Translations under genes and position numbers: made by a program | Shown here: positions 39,729-50,533 of the stretch, piece by piece | Layout: the number at the start of each line of letters is the position of its first letter | Position numbering within the stretch: position 1 is the first letter of the stretch | Notes under the pieces: model-generated | Told to the model about the DNA's origin: nothing | What the model saw: only the letters and a program-made list of their open reading frames with translations | Database searches by the model: none | Source of the DNA: an uncultured bacterium | GTDB taxonomy: Bacteria > Krumholzibacteriota > Krumholzibacteriia > Krumholzibacteriales > Krumholzibacteriaceae | Reading direction: 5' to 3' | Assembly: GCA_963813815.1 (NCBI GenBank) | Contig: CAWFAD010000005.1 | Span: 49,932 to 113,931, forward strand | Length of the DNA: 64,000 nt

Positions 39729-40742
39729 ATGATCCTCGCGTTCTCACGATACGTGGCGAGCGTTCTGCCCGTCGTAGCGTTTCTCGCCGCTCTCGTGCTG
39801 CTCGACAGCTTCAAATTGGTGCGATTCCGCTCCGTGGCAATCGCCGTCGCCGTCGGTTTCGCCGCCGCCGCCGCGAGCTTTTTCGCCGGATCCCTCTCGG
39901 CGGGGAACGGAGCGATATCGATCGACGTCCGCGCCCGCTATCTGGCTCCTCCGATCGAGGAGCTCCTCAAGATCGTCTATCTCGGCTGGCTCATGCGAAC
40001 GAAGCGGATCGGCTTCATGGTCGACGCGGCCATTTACGGTTTCGCGATCGGCGCGGGATTCGCCATCGTCGAGAACGTCTATTTTCTGCATACGCTCTCA
40101 TCCCCGAACGCCCTCCTCTGGATCATCCGCGGTTTCGGCACCGCCGTCATGCACGGCGGGACGACGGCTCTCGCCGGCGTCATCGCCGTGAGTCTCCTCG
40201 AGCGAAGCGCGGCGCGCGGAATCGCGGCGCTCCTCCCGGGCTTCGTTCTCGCGACGCTCATCCATTCGGCCTACAACCACTTTTTTCTCTCGCCGGCCCT
40301 CTCGGCGCTCGCCATCATCGTCGCGCTTCCGCTCTGTATGATCGCAGCCTTTCGCGAGAGCGAGCGGGAACTGCGGAGATGGCTCGGCATCGGCTTCGAT
40401 TCAGACCAGCAGCTCCTCGAGATGATCGCGACGGGACGGATCGCCGAAACGCGCCTCGGCCATTATCTGCTCTCTCTCAAATCGCGATTCCCCGGCGAGG
40501 CTGTGGCCGACATGCTCTGCATCGTTCGCCTCCACGTGGAGCTCGCACTCAAGGCGAAGGGGATTCTGCTCATGCGGCAGGCCGGCTTCGACGTGAAGCC
40601 CGACCCCGGCGTGCGCGAGACCTTCGAGGAGCTGCGATATCTCGAGCGCAGCATCGGGAAAACGGGGCTCCTCGCCCTCGACCCCATCCTTCACTGGTCG
40701 ACGCGCGACCTCTGGCAGCTCTACATGCTCAAAAAGCGATAG
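39729..40742 (+). CDS. PrsW-family glutamic intramembrane protease
   Basis: APPIEELLK, GAGFAIVEN, RGFGTAVMH, IHSAYN; multiple TMs plus a soluble C-terminal extension. Confidence 0.92.
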   Translation: MILAFSRYVASVLPVVAFLAALVLLDSFKLVRFRSVAIAVAVGFAAAAASFFAGSLSAGNGAISIDVRARYLAPPIEELLKIVYLGWLMRTKRIGFMVDAAIYGFAIGAGFAIVENVYFLHTLSSPNALLWIIRGFGTAVMHGGTTALAGVIAVSLLERSAARGIAALLPGFVLATLIHSAYNHFFLSPALSALAIIVALPLCMIAAFRESERELRRWLGIGFDSDQQLLEMIATGRIAETRLGHYLLSLKSRFPGEAVADMLCIVRLHVELALKAKGILLMRQAGFDVKPDPGVRETFEELRYLERSIGKTGLLALDPILHWSTRDLWQLYMLKKR

Positions 40743-40805
40743 GCAAGCCTTGCGGATATATCCGGCCCACGATCGACGTCAAGAGCCCATGCAGCGATAA
40801 AAAAA

Positions 40806-40878
40806 TGAGCCGCCCGAGGTTCGAACTCGGTACCCCCTGCTTAAAAGGCAGGTGCTCTACCACTTGAGCTAGCGGCCC
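40806..40878 (-). tRNA. tRNA-Lys (TTT)
   Basis: GGGCCGCTAGCTCAAGTGGTAGAGC..CCTGC-CTTTTAA-GCAGG..GTTCGAAC; CCA not encoded. Confidence 0.96.
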
Positions 40879-40956
40879 ATCACGTTCATCAAATTTTGCT
40901 CTGCGCCCTGCTCCCGGCATCTCCTCCGTCGCCCCGGATCGTCTGTGCGGGAATCG

Positions 40957-42258
40957 CTATTTTCGGACGGTCGAAAAGTTTGTGGACCTGAGGATCGTCT
41001 CGTCGCGGGCGGGCCCCGTCGACACGAAGGTGATGGGAACACCGAGCCCTTCCTCGAGCCGTTCGACGTAGCGCCGCGCGGCCTCGGGAAGCTCGTCCAT
41101 CTTGCGGGCGTCGGAGAGATGGTTGTCCCACCCCGGAAGCTCCTCGTAGACCGGCTCGCAGCGCGCGAGATCGCCCGAGTTCTGCGGAAAGGCCGCGATC
41201 TCCCTGCCGTCGAGACGGTATCGCGTGCATATCTTCACCTTCGAAAAGCCCGAGAGAACGTCGAGCTTCGTGAGCGCGATCTCGTCGTACCCGTTGAGGG
41301 CTACGGAATATTTTCCCGCCACGAGATCGAACCAGCCGCAGCGGCGGGGCCGGCCCGTCGTCGTGCCGTATTCCCCTCCCTGCTCGCGGAGGGCGTCTCC
41401 GTCGCGGCCGCCGATCTCGGTCGGCATCGGCCCGTTCCCGACCCGGGTGATGTACGCCTTGAAGATGCCGATGATGCGGGTGATGTCGCGGGGATGAAGC
41501 CCCGTGCCGGCCATCGCTCCGCCGATCGCGCAGGAGCTCGACGTCACGAACGGGTAGGTTCCGTGGTCGATGTCGAGCAGCGTTCCCTGCGCGCCTTCGA
41601 GCAGGATGCGCTTCCCCTGCTCGCGCATCTCGTGCACCGCCGCCTGCGTATCGATGATGAAGGGCTCGATGACCTCCTTGATCCCCACGAAATCGCCGGC
41701 GATCGACTCGGCCGAGAGCGTCGGCGCGTTGTAGGCGGCGAAGACGCGGTTGTTCCAGTCGACGGTGCGCTGGATGATCTCGAAGAGATCTCCCTTGTCG
41801 AGGAGAAACACTCCCATGCGGAGCCCGTTTCGCATGTACTTGTCCGAGTACGCAGGCCCGATGCCCATACCCGTGCTACCGATGCTCGCGCCCTTCCGGT
41901 CCGTTTCGAGAACGTTGTCCATGAGCTTGTGGACCGGCGTCACGATGTTCGCCGCCGAGCTGATGAAGAGGCGTTCCGTCACGTCGATACTGCGAGAGCT
42001 GAGCTCGCTGTATTCGGTGAGGAAGGCGAACGGATCGATCACCATGCCGTTCGCGAGAATGCCGATGACATGCGGGTAGAGTAGGCCCGAGGGGATGAGG
42101 TGGAACGCGAACTTGCCGAGCTCCGTCACGACCGTGTGCCCCGCGTTCGCCCCGCCCTGAAAGCGCACGACGACGTCGTGGCCGCCCATGAGGAAATCGA
42201 CGACCTTCGCCTTGCCCTCGTCTCCCCACTGACCACCGATGATGACCGTTGCGCTCAT
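40957..42258 (-). CDS. purA: Adenylosuccinate synthetase
   Basis: QWGDEGKAK, GGANAGHTV, EGAQGTLLDIDHGTYPFVTSS, GTTTGRPRRCGWFD, TKLDVL. Confidence 0.97.
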   Translation of the reverse strand: MSATVIIGGQWGDEGKAKVVDFLMGGHDVVVRFQGGANAGHTVVTELGKFAFHLIPSGLLYPHVIGILANGMVIDPFAFLTEYSELSSRSIDVTERLFISSAANIVTPVHKLMDNVLETDRKGASIGSTGMGIGPAYSDKYMRNGLRMGVFLLDKGDLFEIIQRTVDWNNRVFAAYNAPTLSAESIAGDFVGIKEVIEPFIIDTQAAVHEMREQGKRILLEGAQGTLLDIDHGTYPFVTSSSCAIGGAMAGTGLHPRDITRIIGIFKAYITRVGNGPMPTEIGGRDGDALREQGGEYGTTTGRPRRCGWFDLVAGKYSVALNGYDEIALTKLDVLSGFSKVKICTRYRLDGREIAAFPQNSGDLARCEPVYEELPGWDNHLSDARKMDELPEAARRYVERLEEGLGVPITFVSTGPARDETILRSTNFSTVRK

Positions 42259-42296
42259 TCGCCTGAAATTCCTCTCTCCCGCGAAAGACCGCGAGG

Positions 42297-42325
42297 AGTG
42301 TATGGCATGGCCGCCGCACTGGCAA
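42297..42325 (-). promoter_or_regulatory. Sigma70-like promoter of purA
   Basis: Minus strand TTGCCA-N17-TACACT. Confidence 0.6.
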
Positions 42326-42338
42326 TCGATTTCTCGGA

Positions 42339-42367
42339 CAAACAAAAACCGCCTCTCATCGAGGCGG
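42339..42367 (-). terminator. Rho-independent terminator
   Basis: CCGCCTC-N5-GAGGCGG followed by TTTTTGTTTG on minus strand. Confidence 0.75.
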
Positions 42368-42401
42368 CCGAGCGTGCGAGGACCCCGCTTTTACGCGGCG
42401 G

Positions 42402-42809
42402 TCAGTCCTCGAAGAGCGATTTCAGGATGCCCCAGGTCGTCTGGTCCAATCCCGCGACCGGCATGCTGAACGCATCGCCGGGATTGCTCCGCTGGACGGC
42501 TATCTCGGGTATGCCGTCGCCGTTATCGTCTCCGAGCTCGAGACCGTTTTTGAACCCGTCCCTGTCGCTGTCCTTCGCGGCGAGAGTGGCGTTCCACTTA
42601 TATGCGTTGCTCTTGAAATCGACGCCGAAGCCGTTGAGATCCTCGCCCGACACCGTCTGGGACGGCGCGTGGCAGTTGGCGCATTCATACGTGCTGTAGT
42701 TGGGGAGCTTTTTCATGTAGTCCTCGCTCCCGACGAGGGCGCCTGCCGCCGCCAAGGCGACTGCGCACAGCACGCACGTTACCGAGGAAACCTTTCGCCG
42801 TGGACGCAC
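42402..42809 (-). CDS. Small exported CxxCH protein with temptin-like DSDxDG module and TWG tail
   Basis: AGGAGG RBS before GTG at 42809; signal peptide; CANCH; NGFGVDF..W..DSDRDGFKNGLELGD; ends DQTTWGILKSLFED. Confidence 0.75.
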   Translation of the reverse strand: MRPRRKVSSVTCVLCAVALAAAGALVGSEDYMKKLPNYSTYECANCHAPSQTVSGEDLNGFGVDFKSNAYKWNATLAAKDSDRDGFKNGLELGDDNGDGIPEIAVQRSNPGDAFSMPVAGLDQTTWGILKSLFED

Positions 42810-42888
42810 CCTTACCTCCTGTACCTCTATTTTATTATATTCTCGCCGATTATCGCTGTCAAGCATTCATGGGGGCGAGTGGCGGGGC

Positions 42889-44028
42889 CTACCGAAGGGG
42901 CCGGAAAAGAGGCTCCGCCTCGTCATATTCTCTCATGCGCTTTTCCGCGCCCGGGAGATCGGCCTCTATCCCCGCCGCGCGCAGGCTCTCGCCGAGAGCG
43001 CCGACGAGGCGGATCAGGGTCGACGCGCCGTGCAGCCCGAGAAAGCCCGTGCGGATGATCGAGCCACGAAGCTTCCCCTGCCCGCCCGCCGCGATGAATC
43101 CCCTCCGGGCGAGCGAGCCGAGGATGGTCTCGCTCGAAATCCCCCCGGGGAGCCTCAGCGCTTGCACGGCGGATGACGGAGAGTCGGGGAACGAAGCCAA
43201 CCCGAGCGCCCCGCACGCCGAGAGAAACGCTCTCGACGAGCGCTCGTGGCGGGAGCGCACGGCGTCGAATCCGAGACGCCGCATCTCCGACAGGGTGCGA
43301 TGAGCGATCTGCATCGTCTGCACGGCCGGTGTGAACGGCGTCGCGCTCTTCCCCGCTCCCGAGCCGTACCGCTCGAGATCGAAATAGTAGAGCCCCCGCC
43401 GCGAAGCCCCCGCCCTCGCGCGCGCCCCCATCGCGACGAAGCTCACCCCCGCCGGCGCGGCGAGCGCCTTTTGCGAAGCGCCGACGACAACGTCGATCCC
43501 CCACTCGTCCATCGGCATCTCTTCGGCGATGAAGGAGGACACGGCATCGACGATGACGACCGGGCGGTCCTCGCCGAGTAGCCGAGCCAGCTCGCGGAGC
43601 GGAAAGAGGAGCCCCGTCGACGATTCGACGTGAGTCAGGGCGAGATACCGGGGCCGCTCGCTCCGCACGCGATCCACGACGGCCTCGACGTCCACCGACG
43701 ATCCCTCCGACAGGCGCATCGTCGACACGTCGCAATCGTACGCCGCGGCGATCTCCGCCCAGCGGTCGCCGAACTTGCCGCAGGAGACGACGAGGAGCCT
43801 CGCGCCGGGGGCCGTGGCGTTCGCGACGGCGGCCTCCATGGCCCCCGTGCCGGAAGCGGCGATGAAATGGACGGGATGGCTCGTGCCGAGCGCCTCGCGG
43901 ACCATGCCCGCCGATTCTTCGACAATGATTTCGAACTCGAGAGATCGGTGATGGAGCTGCGCGATCGAGGACGACGCGTCCCCGGGGACATCCACCGGCC
44001 CGGGGCTCACGAGGATTGGGCGGTCCAC
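42889..44028 (-). CDS. Class V PLP aminotransferase (alanine-glyoxylate/serine-pyruvate type)
   Basis: SPGPV, SGTGAMEAA, GKFGDRW, HVESSTG, VDAVSS, ASQKAL, TPFTP. Confidence 0.9.
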   Translation of the reverse strand: MDRPILVSPGPVDVPGDASSSIAQLHHRSLEFEIIVEESAGMVREALGTSHPVHFIAASGTGAMEAAVANATAPGARLLVVSCGKFGDRWAEIAAAYDCDVSTMRLSEGSSVDVEAVVDRVRSERPRYLALTHVESSTGLLFPLRELARLLGEDRPVVIVDAVSSFIAEEMPMDEWGIDVVVGASQKALAAPAGVSFVAMGARARAGASRRGLYYFDLERYGSGAGKSATPFTPAVQTMQIAHRTLSEMRRLGFDAVRSRHERSSRAFLSACGALGLASFPDSPSSAVQALRLPGGISSETILGSLARRGFIAAGGQGKLRGSIIRTGFLGLHGASTLIRLVGALGESLRAAGIEADLPGAEKRMREYDEAEPLFRPLR

Positions 44029-44044
44029 CGTCGGCGCCTCCTCC

Positions 44045-44620
44045 CTACACGCGCTCCTCGATCCACTTCCAGATCTCCTTGGCCCCCTCGCCGGTCTTGG
44101 CCGAGAAGAACACGACGGGGGCGCCCCCCGCGACCCGCTCGAGCTCCCGGAGGGAGCTGGCTCGCTCCGAACGAGAGATCTTGTCGGCCTTCGTGAGCGC
44201 CACGCAGACCGGACGCCCCGCGCGCGCGAGAAGCTCCAGCGTGGCGACGTCCTCCTTCGACGGAGGGTGCCTCGAATCGACGAGCTGCACCACGCCCCGG
44301 AGCGCGCTCCGGCGGTTGATGTACCCGTCGATGACCTCCCGCCACTTCTCCCGAAGCTCCACGGATACGCGGGCGAAGCCGTAGCCGGGAAGATCGACGA
44401 GGTAGAACCTGTCGTTCACAGCGAAGAAATTCACCGATCGAGTCTTGCCGGGGTCCTTGCTGATGCGCGCGATGTTCTTCCGGCCGAGAAGCGTGTTGAG
44501 GAGCGACGACTTGCCGACGTTCGACCGTCCCGAAACGGCGACCTCGGCCCACGGGGAGCGCGGGAAGCGGGCCGGATCGAGCGTCTTGCACGCGATATGG
44601 AGCTTGAGGATTTTCACCAT
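44045..44620 (-). CDS. engB: Ribosome-biogenesis GTPase EngB/YihA/YsxC
   Basis: GRSNVGKSSLLN, PGKTR, DLPGYG, TKADK; follows lon. Confidence 0.95.
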   Translation of the reverse strand: MVKILKLHIACKTLDPARFPRSPWAEVAVSGRSNVGKSSLLNTLLGRKNIARISKDPGKTRSVNFFAVNDRFYLVDLPGYGFARVSVELREKWREVIDGYINRRSALRGVVQLVDSRHPPSKEDVATLELLARAGRPVCVALTKADKISRSERASSLRELERVAGGAPVVFFSAKTGEGAKEIWKWIEERV

Positions 44621-44635
44621 CGTGAGGCGCTCGCC

Positions 44636-47053
44636 TCAGTTCGCCGGCTTGCGCTGCTGGCTTCCGAAAATGCCGCCGATCTGCCGGCGATGCTCGATTC
44701 CCCAGTCGAGCTTTTTCGCGAGAGCCGTCTCGAGGACTTCGTCCATCGTCTCGACGACCTGAATCTTCAGGTTCTTCCGGACCTCGTCGGGAAGCTCCTT
44801 GATGTTCTTCTCGTTCCCCTTAGGGAGGAGCAGCTTCTTGACGCCCGCCCGAAGCGCGGCGACCGACTTTTCGTTGATGCCGCCGACCGGAAGCACCTTG
44901 CCCCGGAGGGTGACCTCCCCCGTCATCGCCACGTCGCGCCGAACGGGGATGTCGAAGAACGCCGACACGAGAGCGCTCGCGATGGCGACGCCGGCGCTCG
45001 GCCCGTCCTTCGGAATGGCCCCCTCGGGGACGTGAACGTGCACGTCCACCGACGAGAAGAAATCGTTCTCGAGCGGCAGCAGCCGAGCCTTGTTCCGGGC
45101 GAAGCTGAGCGCGATCTTCGCCGATTCCTGCATGACCTCGCCGAGCTGGCCCGTGAGGATGAGGTCCCCCTTGCCCGGCATGAGCGTCACCTCGATATTG
45201 AGAATCTCCCCGCCGACCTCCGTCCACGCGAGACCCGTCGCCACTCCCACCGACTCGACGGCGTCGATCTCGCTGTCGGAGAACTTCGGCACCCCGAGAT
45301 AGCTCTCGAGATTGGCCTTGGTGACGCGGATATCGCCGGCCGCCGTCGACGCGGCGAGCTTCCGCGCGACCTTGCGGCAGATGCTCGCGAGCTCCCGCTC
45401 GAGGTTGCGAACCCCCGCCTCGCGCGTGTAGCGCTGGACGACGTCCTTCATCGTCGCGTTCGAGATGCGCAGCTGCCCCGGCTTGATGCCGTGCTGCTTC
45501 ATCTGTTTCGGCAGGAGAAATTTCTGCGCGATGGCGAGCTTCTCGTGGAGAAGATACCCCGGCAGGCGAATGACCTCCATGCGGTCCTGCAGCGCGGGCG
45601 GGATCGTGTACATGACGTTCGCCGTCGTTATGAAGAGGACCTCGCTCAGGTCGAACTCGACCTCGAGGAAGTGATCGCTGAAGTGTTTGTTCTGGTCGGG
45701 ATCGAGCACCTCGAGCAGCGCCGAGGCGGGATCGCCGCGGAAATCGGTGCCGAGCTTGTCGATCTCGTCGAGAAGGAACACGGGGTTCTTGCTCCCGCCC
45801 TTGCGCATCATCTGGATGATGCGGCCGGGAAGGGACCCGATGTAGGTTCGCCGGTGGCCGCGAATCTCCGCCTCGTCGCGGATGCCGCCGAGGGACACGC
45901 GAACGAAGCTCCGGCCGAGCGCGTCGGCGATCGAGCGCCCGAGGGAGGTCTTCCCCACACCCGGCGGCCCCACGAAGCAGAGGATCGGACCCTTGAGGCT
46001 GCCGACGAGCTTCACGACGGCGAGGAACTCGACGATGCGCTCCTTCACCTTCGCGAGCCCGTAATGGTCCGCGTCGAGCTTCGCCTTGACCTGATCGAGA
46101 TCGAGGTTGTCCTTCGTGCGCTTGCGCCAGGGCAGCGCGGCGAGCGTCTCGATGTAGTTGCGGACCACCGTCGCCTCGGGAGTCATCGGCGGCATCATCC
46201 GCAGGCGATCGAGCTCCCGGTACGCGACCTTTTCGGCCTCTTTGCTCATGCCGCTCTTGCGCATCTTTCGTCTGAGATCGTTGTATTCCTCGTCGTGGTC
46301 TTCCTCTTCCTGCCCGAGCTCTTTCTTGATCGCCCTCAATTTTTCGTGCAGGAAAAGCTCGCGCTGCGTCTTCTGGACCTGGCTCGATACCTTTTCGTCG
46401 ATGTCCTTCTCGACCTTGAGAAGCTGCAGCTCGTCGGTCAGAATCCGGTGCAACTCGCGCAGGCGATCCCCCAGATCGACCGCCTCGAGGAGCCGCTGTT
46501 TGCCGTCGTTGTGAATGCCGACGTGCGCGGCGATGGTATCGGCGAGCGCGCTCCGGTCGTCGATCGACTGAATCGCCAGCAGCACTTCGTTCGGCATCCG
46601 CGGATTCAGCCGCACGTAGTCGCCGAAGAGCGCCTCCACGCGCCGCGAGAGCGCCTCCGTCTCGCGCGAGGGCTCCCCCGCCGTCGCGAGATCCTCGATG
46701 CGCGCGCCGAGGTAGTTGTCCATTTCGAGGTAGTCGAGCACCCGCACGCGGCTCACGCCCTCGAGCATGACCTTGATCGTGCCGTCCGGCAGACTCAGGT
46801 GATGAAAGATCTTTACGAGCGTGCCGATCCGGTACAGATCGTCCCGGCCCGGCTCGTTGACGGAGGCATTGCGCTGCGTGACGACGACGAGATTCTTGTC
46901 CGTCTTGATCGCGCGCTCGACGGCGTTCACCGACGGCTGCCGGCCGACGAGGATGGCGGTGGCCATCGACGGGAAGATGACGACGTCCCGCAGCGGCACG
47001 AGCGGATACACATCCGACTGACGTTCGCGATTGCCCTGTGGTCCGAGCTTCAT
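44636..47053 (-). CDS. lon: ATP-dependent protease Lon
   Basis: [43 protein letters not shown]. Confidence 0.98.
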   Translation of the reverse strand: MKLGPQGNRERQSDVYPLVPLRDVVIFPSMATAILVGRQPSVNAVERAIKTDKNLVVVTQRNASVNEPGRDDLYRIGTLVKIFHHLSLPDGTIKVMLEGVSRVRVLDYLEMDNYLGARIEDLATAGEPSRETEALSRRVEALFGDYVRLNPRMPNEVLLAIQSIDDRSALADTIAAHVGIHNDGKQRLLEAVDLGDRLRELHRILTDELQLLKVEKDIDEKVSSQVQKTQRELFLHEKLRAIKKELGQEEEDHDEEYNDLRRKMRKSGMSKEAEKVAYRELDRLRMMPPMTPEATVVRNYIETLAALPWRKRTKDNLDLDQVKAKLDADHYGLAKVKERIVEFLAVVKLVGSLKGPILCFVGPPGVGKTSLGRSIADALGRSFVRVSLGGIRDEAEIRGHRRTYIGSLPGRIIQMMRKGGSKNPVFLLDEIDKLGTDFRGDPASALLEVLDPDQNKHFSDHFLEVEFDLSEVLFITTANVMYTIPPALQDRMEVIRLPGYLLHEKLAIAQKFLLPKQMKQHGIKPGQLRISNATMKDVVQRYTREAGVRNLERELASICRKVARKLAASTAAGDIRVTKANLESYLGVPKFSDSEIDAVESVGVATGLAWTEVGGEILNIEVTLMPGKGDLILTGQLGEVMQESAKIALSFARNKARLLPLENDFFSSVDVHVHVPEGAIPKDGPSAGVAIASALVSAFFDIPVRRDVAMTGEVTLRGKVLPVGGINEKSVAALRAGVKKLLLPKGNEKNIKELPDEVRKNLKIQVVETMDEVLETALAKKLDWGIEHRRQIGGIFGSQQRKPAN

Positions 47054-47098
47054 GGTAAACTCACCGCCGTTGCGCCGGAGACCGTGTCCGCCGCGGCA

Positions 47099-48352
47099 TT
47101 ACTGCGCTTTGAGCTCGCGGTCCTTATCGATGAAGAGCTGCGGCTCGCCGCGCGAGGTGACGGTCTCCTCGGTTATGAGGATTTTGCGAATGTTCGCCTG
47201 GGAAGGAATGTCGTACATGATGTGCAGCATCGTCGATTCGAGAATCGCGCGCATCCCCCGCGCGCCCGTTTTCCGCTCGAGGGCGAGCTTCGCGATCGCC
47301 CGGAGCGCTCCGGGGGTGAACTCGAGCTCCACGTCCTCCATGTTGAGCAGCTTCTCGTACTGCTTCACGAGAGCGTTCTTCGGCTTGATCATGATGTCGA
47401 TGAGCGCCTGCTCGTCGAGATCGTGCAGCGGCGCGACGATCGGAATCCGCCCCACGAGCTCGGGAATGAGGCCGTACTTGATGAGATCGTCCGGTTGAAC
47501 CTGCCGGAGGATCTCGCTCGAATCCCGACTGTAGCCCGGACCGCGTTCGGCGCCGAACCCGATGATCTTTTTGCCGATCCGCCGTTCGACGATCTCGTCG
47601 AGGCCCTGGAACGCCCCGCCGCAGATGAAGAGGATGTTCCTCGTGTTCACCTCGATGAACTTCTGCTGGGGGTGCTTGCGGCCGCCCTGCGGCGGCACGT
47701 TCGCCACCGTTCCCTCGAGGATCTTGAGGAGCGCCTGCTGAACCCCCTCGCCCGAAACGTCGCGGGTGATCGAAGGGCTTTCGCTCTTGCGCGAGATCTT
47801 GTCGAGCTCGTCGATATAGACGATGCCTCTCTCCGTGGCCGCGAGATTGTAATCGGCGCTCTGCAGGAGGCGGACGAGAATATTCTCGACGTCCTCGCCG
47901 ACGTAGCCCGCTTCCGTGAGGCAGGTGGCGTCCGCGATCGCGAACGGAACCTTGAGGAACCTCGCCAGCGTCTGCGCGAGGAGCGTCTTCCCCACTCCCG
48001 TGGGCCCCAGCAGCAGGATGTTGCTCTTGTCGATTTCGACGTCGTCGGCCCGGCGGACGTGGCGGATGCGCTTGTAGTGGTTGTACACGGCGACCGAGAG
48101 CACGACCTTCGCGTGCTCCTGCCCGATGACGTACTGGTCGATGAAGTCCTTGATCTCTTTCGGTCGCGGGAAGCTTTCCATCTCCCACGTGGTTCCGCCC
48201 GACATCTCCTCCTCGAGAATCTCGTTGCAGAGACGTATGCACTCGTTGCAGATGTAGACCGAAGGGCCGGAGACGAGCTTGGCGACCTCTTCCTGTCCCC
48301 TGCCGCAGAACGAGCACCGGATTGCCTTCGGAACCGTGGGTTTCTTCTTCAT
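47099..48352 (-). CDS. clpX: Clp protease ATPase ClpX
   Basis: CSFCG zinc finger, [22 protein letters not shown]. Confidence 0.98.
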   Translation of the reverse strand: MKKKPTVPKAIRCSFCGRGQEEVAKLVSGPSVYICNECIRLCNEILEEEMSGGTTWEMESFPRPKEIKDFIDQYVIGQEHAKVVLSVAVYNHYKRIRHVRRADDVEIDKSNILLLGPTGVGKTLLAQTLARFLKVPFAIADATCLTEAGYVGEDVENILVRLLQSADYNLAATERGIVYIDELDKISRKSESPSITRDVSGEGVQQALLKILEGTVANVPPQGGRKHPQQKFIEVNTRNILFICGGAFQGLDEIVERRIGKKIIGFGAERGPGYSRDSSEILRQVQPDDLIKYGLIPELVGRIPIVAPLHDLDEQALIDIMIKPKNALVKQYEKLLNMEDVELEFTPGALRAIAKLALERKTGARGMRAILESTMLHIMYDIPSQANIRKILITEETVTSRGEPQLFIDKDRELKAQ

Positions 48353-48433
48353 GACGCTCCTCCGCTCACCGCGGACCCTCTCTCCTCAATATACAAACTT
48401 CCGGCCCCCGATGCGCAATGAAATCGGGCGCGG

Positions 48434-49072
48434 CTATTTCGGCGCCCCCTCGGTCTTCTTGCCCTCGCTCTTCGAAGTCAGAATCGCGTCGATAATCCCA
48501 TATTCCTTCGACTCTTCCGCCGACATGAAGAAATCCCGGTCGGTGTCCTTCGAGATCCGCTTGATGGGCTGGTGCGTGTGTTTCGCCAGTATCTCGTTGA
48601 GCTTCGTCCGCAGCGTCACGATCTCCTTCGTGTAAATCTCGAGGGTGGTCGCCTGCCCCTGCGAACCGCCCGACGGCTGGTGAATCATCACCCGGGCGTG
48701 CGGCAGGGCCGAGCGCTTTCCCGCTTTTCCCGCGGCGAGGAGGATGGCGGCCATGCTCGCCGCCTGTCCCATGCAGATCGTCGACACGTCGCAGGAGATG
48801 TACTGCATCGTGTCGTAGATGGCGAGCCCCGCCGAGATGACGCCGCCCGGGCTGTTGATGTACATGAAAATGTCCCGCGTGGCGTCCTCGGCCTCGAGAA
48901 AGAGAAGCTGAGCGATGACGCTGTTCGCGAGCGTGTCCTCGATCTGCGTGCCGATGAATATGATCCGGTCCTTCAGCAGACGCGAGTAAATGTCGTACAC
49001 GCGCTCCTCGCGGCCGCGGGTTTCGATGACGTAGGGAACCGGAACGTAGGCCGAATTGACGATCCTGTTCAT
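48434..49072 (-). CDS. clpP: Clp protease proteolytic subunit
   Basis: [35 protein letters not shown]; start may be 49102. Confidence 0.97.
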   Translation of the reverse strand: MNRIVNSAYVPVPYVIETRGREERVYDIYSRLLKDRIIFIGTQIEDTLANSVIAQLLFLEAEDATRDIFMYINSPGGVISAGLAIYDTMQYISCDVSTICMGQAASMAAILLAAGKAGKRSALPHARVMIHQPSGGSQGQATTLEIYTKEIVTLRTKLNEILAKHTHQPIKRISKDTDRDFFMSAEESKEYGIIDAILTSKSEGKKTEGAPK

Positions 49073-49098
49073 GCCGTCCACTCCTTGCACGGGGCGTT

Positions 49099-50397
49099 TC
49101 ACGAATCCCCGAGAATGATCGAAAACAGCTTCCGCTCGCGCAGCCGCGCCCTGAGACCGGCGAGGCGGTCGTGATCCTGCGCGAGATACTTCTTCAAATC
49201 CTCCACCGGTCGTCCGCTGCCCGAGGCGATCGCGGCGATTTCCGCGTCCACCTCGGCGTCGGCGACCTCGATCTTCTCCCGATCGGCGATGTAATCCATG
49301 ATGAAATAGCGTTTGATATTGCGCACGGCGACCCGCGTCAGAAACTCCTCCATCTGCGCCTTCCGCTCCTCGTCCTCCTCGGATCCCACGCCCACGGCCT
49401 TGCGCCGCCGCTCGTCCTCGGCTTGGAGCTCCTTCTTGAACCGCTCGCGCATCGAGCCCGGCACGTCGAACGGATTCCGCTCGATAATGATATCGACGGC
49501 CCGCTCCTCGCGGTTGTGGCGGGCTTCCTTCTCCTTTTCGGCTGCGAGGCGCGACCGGACGTCCTCGCGAAGCGCGGCGAGCGTCGTGAAACGTTCGTCG
49601 ATGCGTGCCGCGAGCGCGTCGTCGAGCTCGGGAAGCCGCCGCTCGCGCACCTCGTTCACGGTGAACTCGTACGCGATCGTGCTGCCGGCGAGCCTCTTCG
49701 GCTCGAAATCGGCGGGGTACACGACGTCGACGCGCCCCGTCTCCCCGGCCTTCTTGCCCGTCAGGGCTTCCTCGAAGGCGGGGAATATCTGCCCGGCGCC
49801 GAGCTGCACCGGATAGTTCTTCGTCCGATTCTTCTCATCCGCCGCCCCGCCGGCGTCGAGCGGGGCGAACTCGATCGTGACCACGTCATCCTTCGCCGAG
49901 GAACGGTCGACGGCCTCGTAATCGGCCGAGCGCTCGCGAAGATTCCCCAGCACGGCCTCCACGTCCTCGTCCTTCACCGTCGTTTCCTCGGCCGGCACCG
50001 CCACGCCGCGGTAATCGGAGAGCTCGAGCCGCGGCAGAACCTCGACCCGGAGCTTGAAGCTGAGCGGCCCCGTTTCGTCGAGCTTCACGTCGTGAAACTC
50101 GGGATCGCCCACCGGGTCGAGGCTCTCCGCGTTCACGACGTGGCCGTAAGCGATCGGTAGAATGCTTCGCAGGGCCTCGCTCCGTATCTCGTCCGCGAAC
50201 CGCCGCTCGACGACCTCGACCGGAGCCTTTCCCTTCCGGAATCCCGGCAGGGAGATCTCCTTCACCATCTCGCGGAGCACGCGCTCCTTTTCGTTTTCGA
50301 AACGCTCCCTCGTTATCTCGACGGAAACCACCTTCTGGCAGCCTTCGCCGTCGGAAACCTCGACGCGGATTTCGCTTTCTAGTAGCTTCCGTTCCAT
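49099..50397 (-). CDS. tig: Trigger factor
   Basis: [10 protein letters not shown] ribosome-binding motif, FKBP-like middle domain, position upstream of clpP. Confidence 0.95.
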   Translation of the reverse strand: MERKLLESEIRVEVSDGEGCQKVVSVEITRERFENEKERVLREMVKEISLPGFRKGKAPVEVVERRFADEIRSEALRSILPIAYGHVVNAESLDPVGDPEFHDVKLDETGPLSFKLRVEVLPRLELSDYRGVAVPAEETTVKDEDVEAVLGNLRERSADYEAVDRSSAKDDVVTIEFAPLDAGGAADEKNRTKNYPVQLGAGQIFPAFEEALTGKKAGETGRVDVVYPADFEPKRLAGSTIAYEFTVNEVRERRLPELDDALAARIDERFTTLAALREDVRSRLAAEKEKEARHNREERAVDIIIERNPFDVPGSMRERFKKELQAEDERRRKAVGVGSEEDEERKAQMEEFLTRVAVRNIKRYFIMDYIADREKIEVADAEVDAEIAAIASGSGRPVEDLKKYLAQDHDRLAGLRARLRERKLFSIILGDS

Positions 50398-50451
50398 TTC
50401 TCCCTTTCGGTCATCGGCTGGAAAAGAGCCATATCGGCGCATTTTAGCCAA

Positions 50452-50533
50452 TGCGAGAGGGGGGATTTGAACCCCCATGAGTTTCCTCACTGGATCCTAA
50501 GTCCAGCGCGTCTGCCAGTTCCGCCACTCTCGC
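50452..50533 (-). tRNA. tRNA-Leu (TAG)
   Basis: GCGAGAGTGGCGGAACTGGCAGACGCG-CTGGA-CTTAGGA-TCCAG, long variable arm, GGTTCAAATCC. Confidence 0.96.

Noticed and set aside
30232..40878. Genomic island integrated at tRNA-Lys
   Set aside because: No integrase, no duplicated tRNA 3' end found, and composition matches the core genes.
44267..48421. 1384-aa plus-strand ORF
   Set aside because: Antisense shadow of engB-lon-clpX; high GC and codon bias remove stops on the opposite strand; no recognisable motifs.
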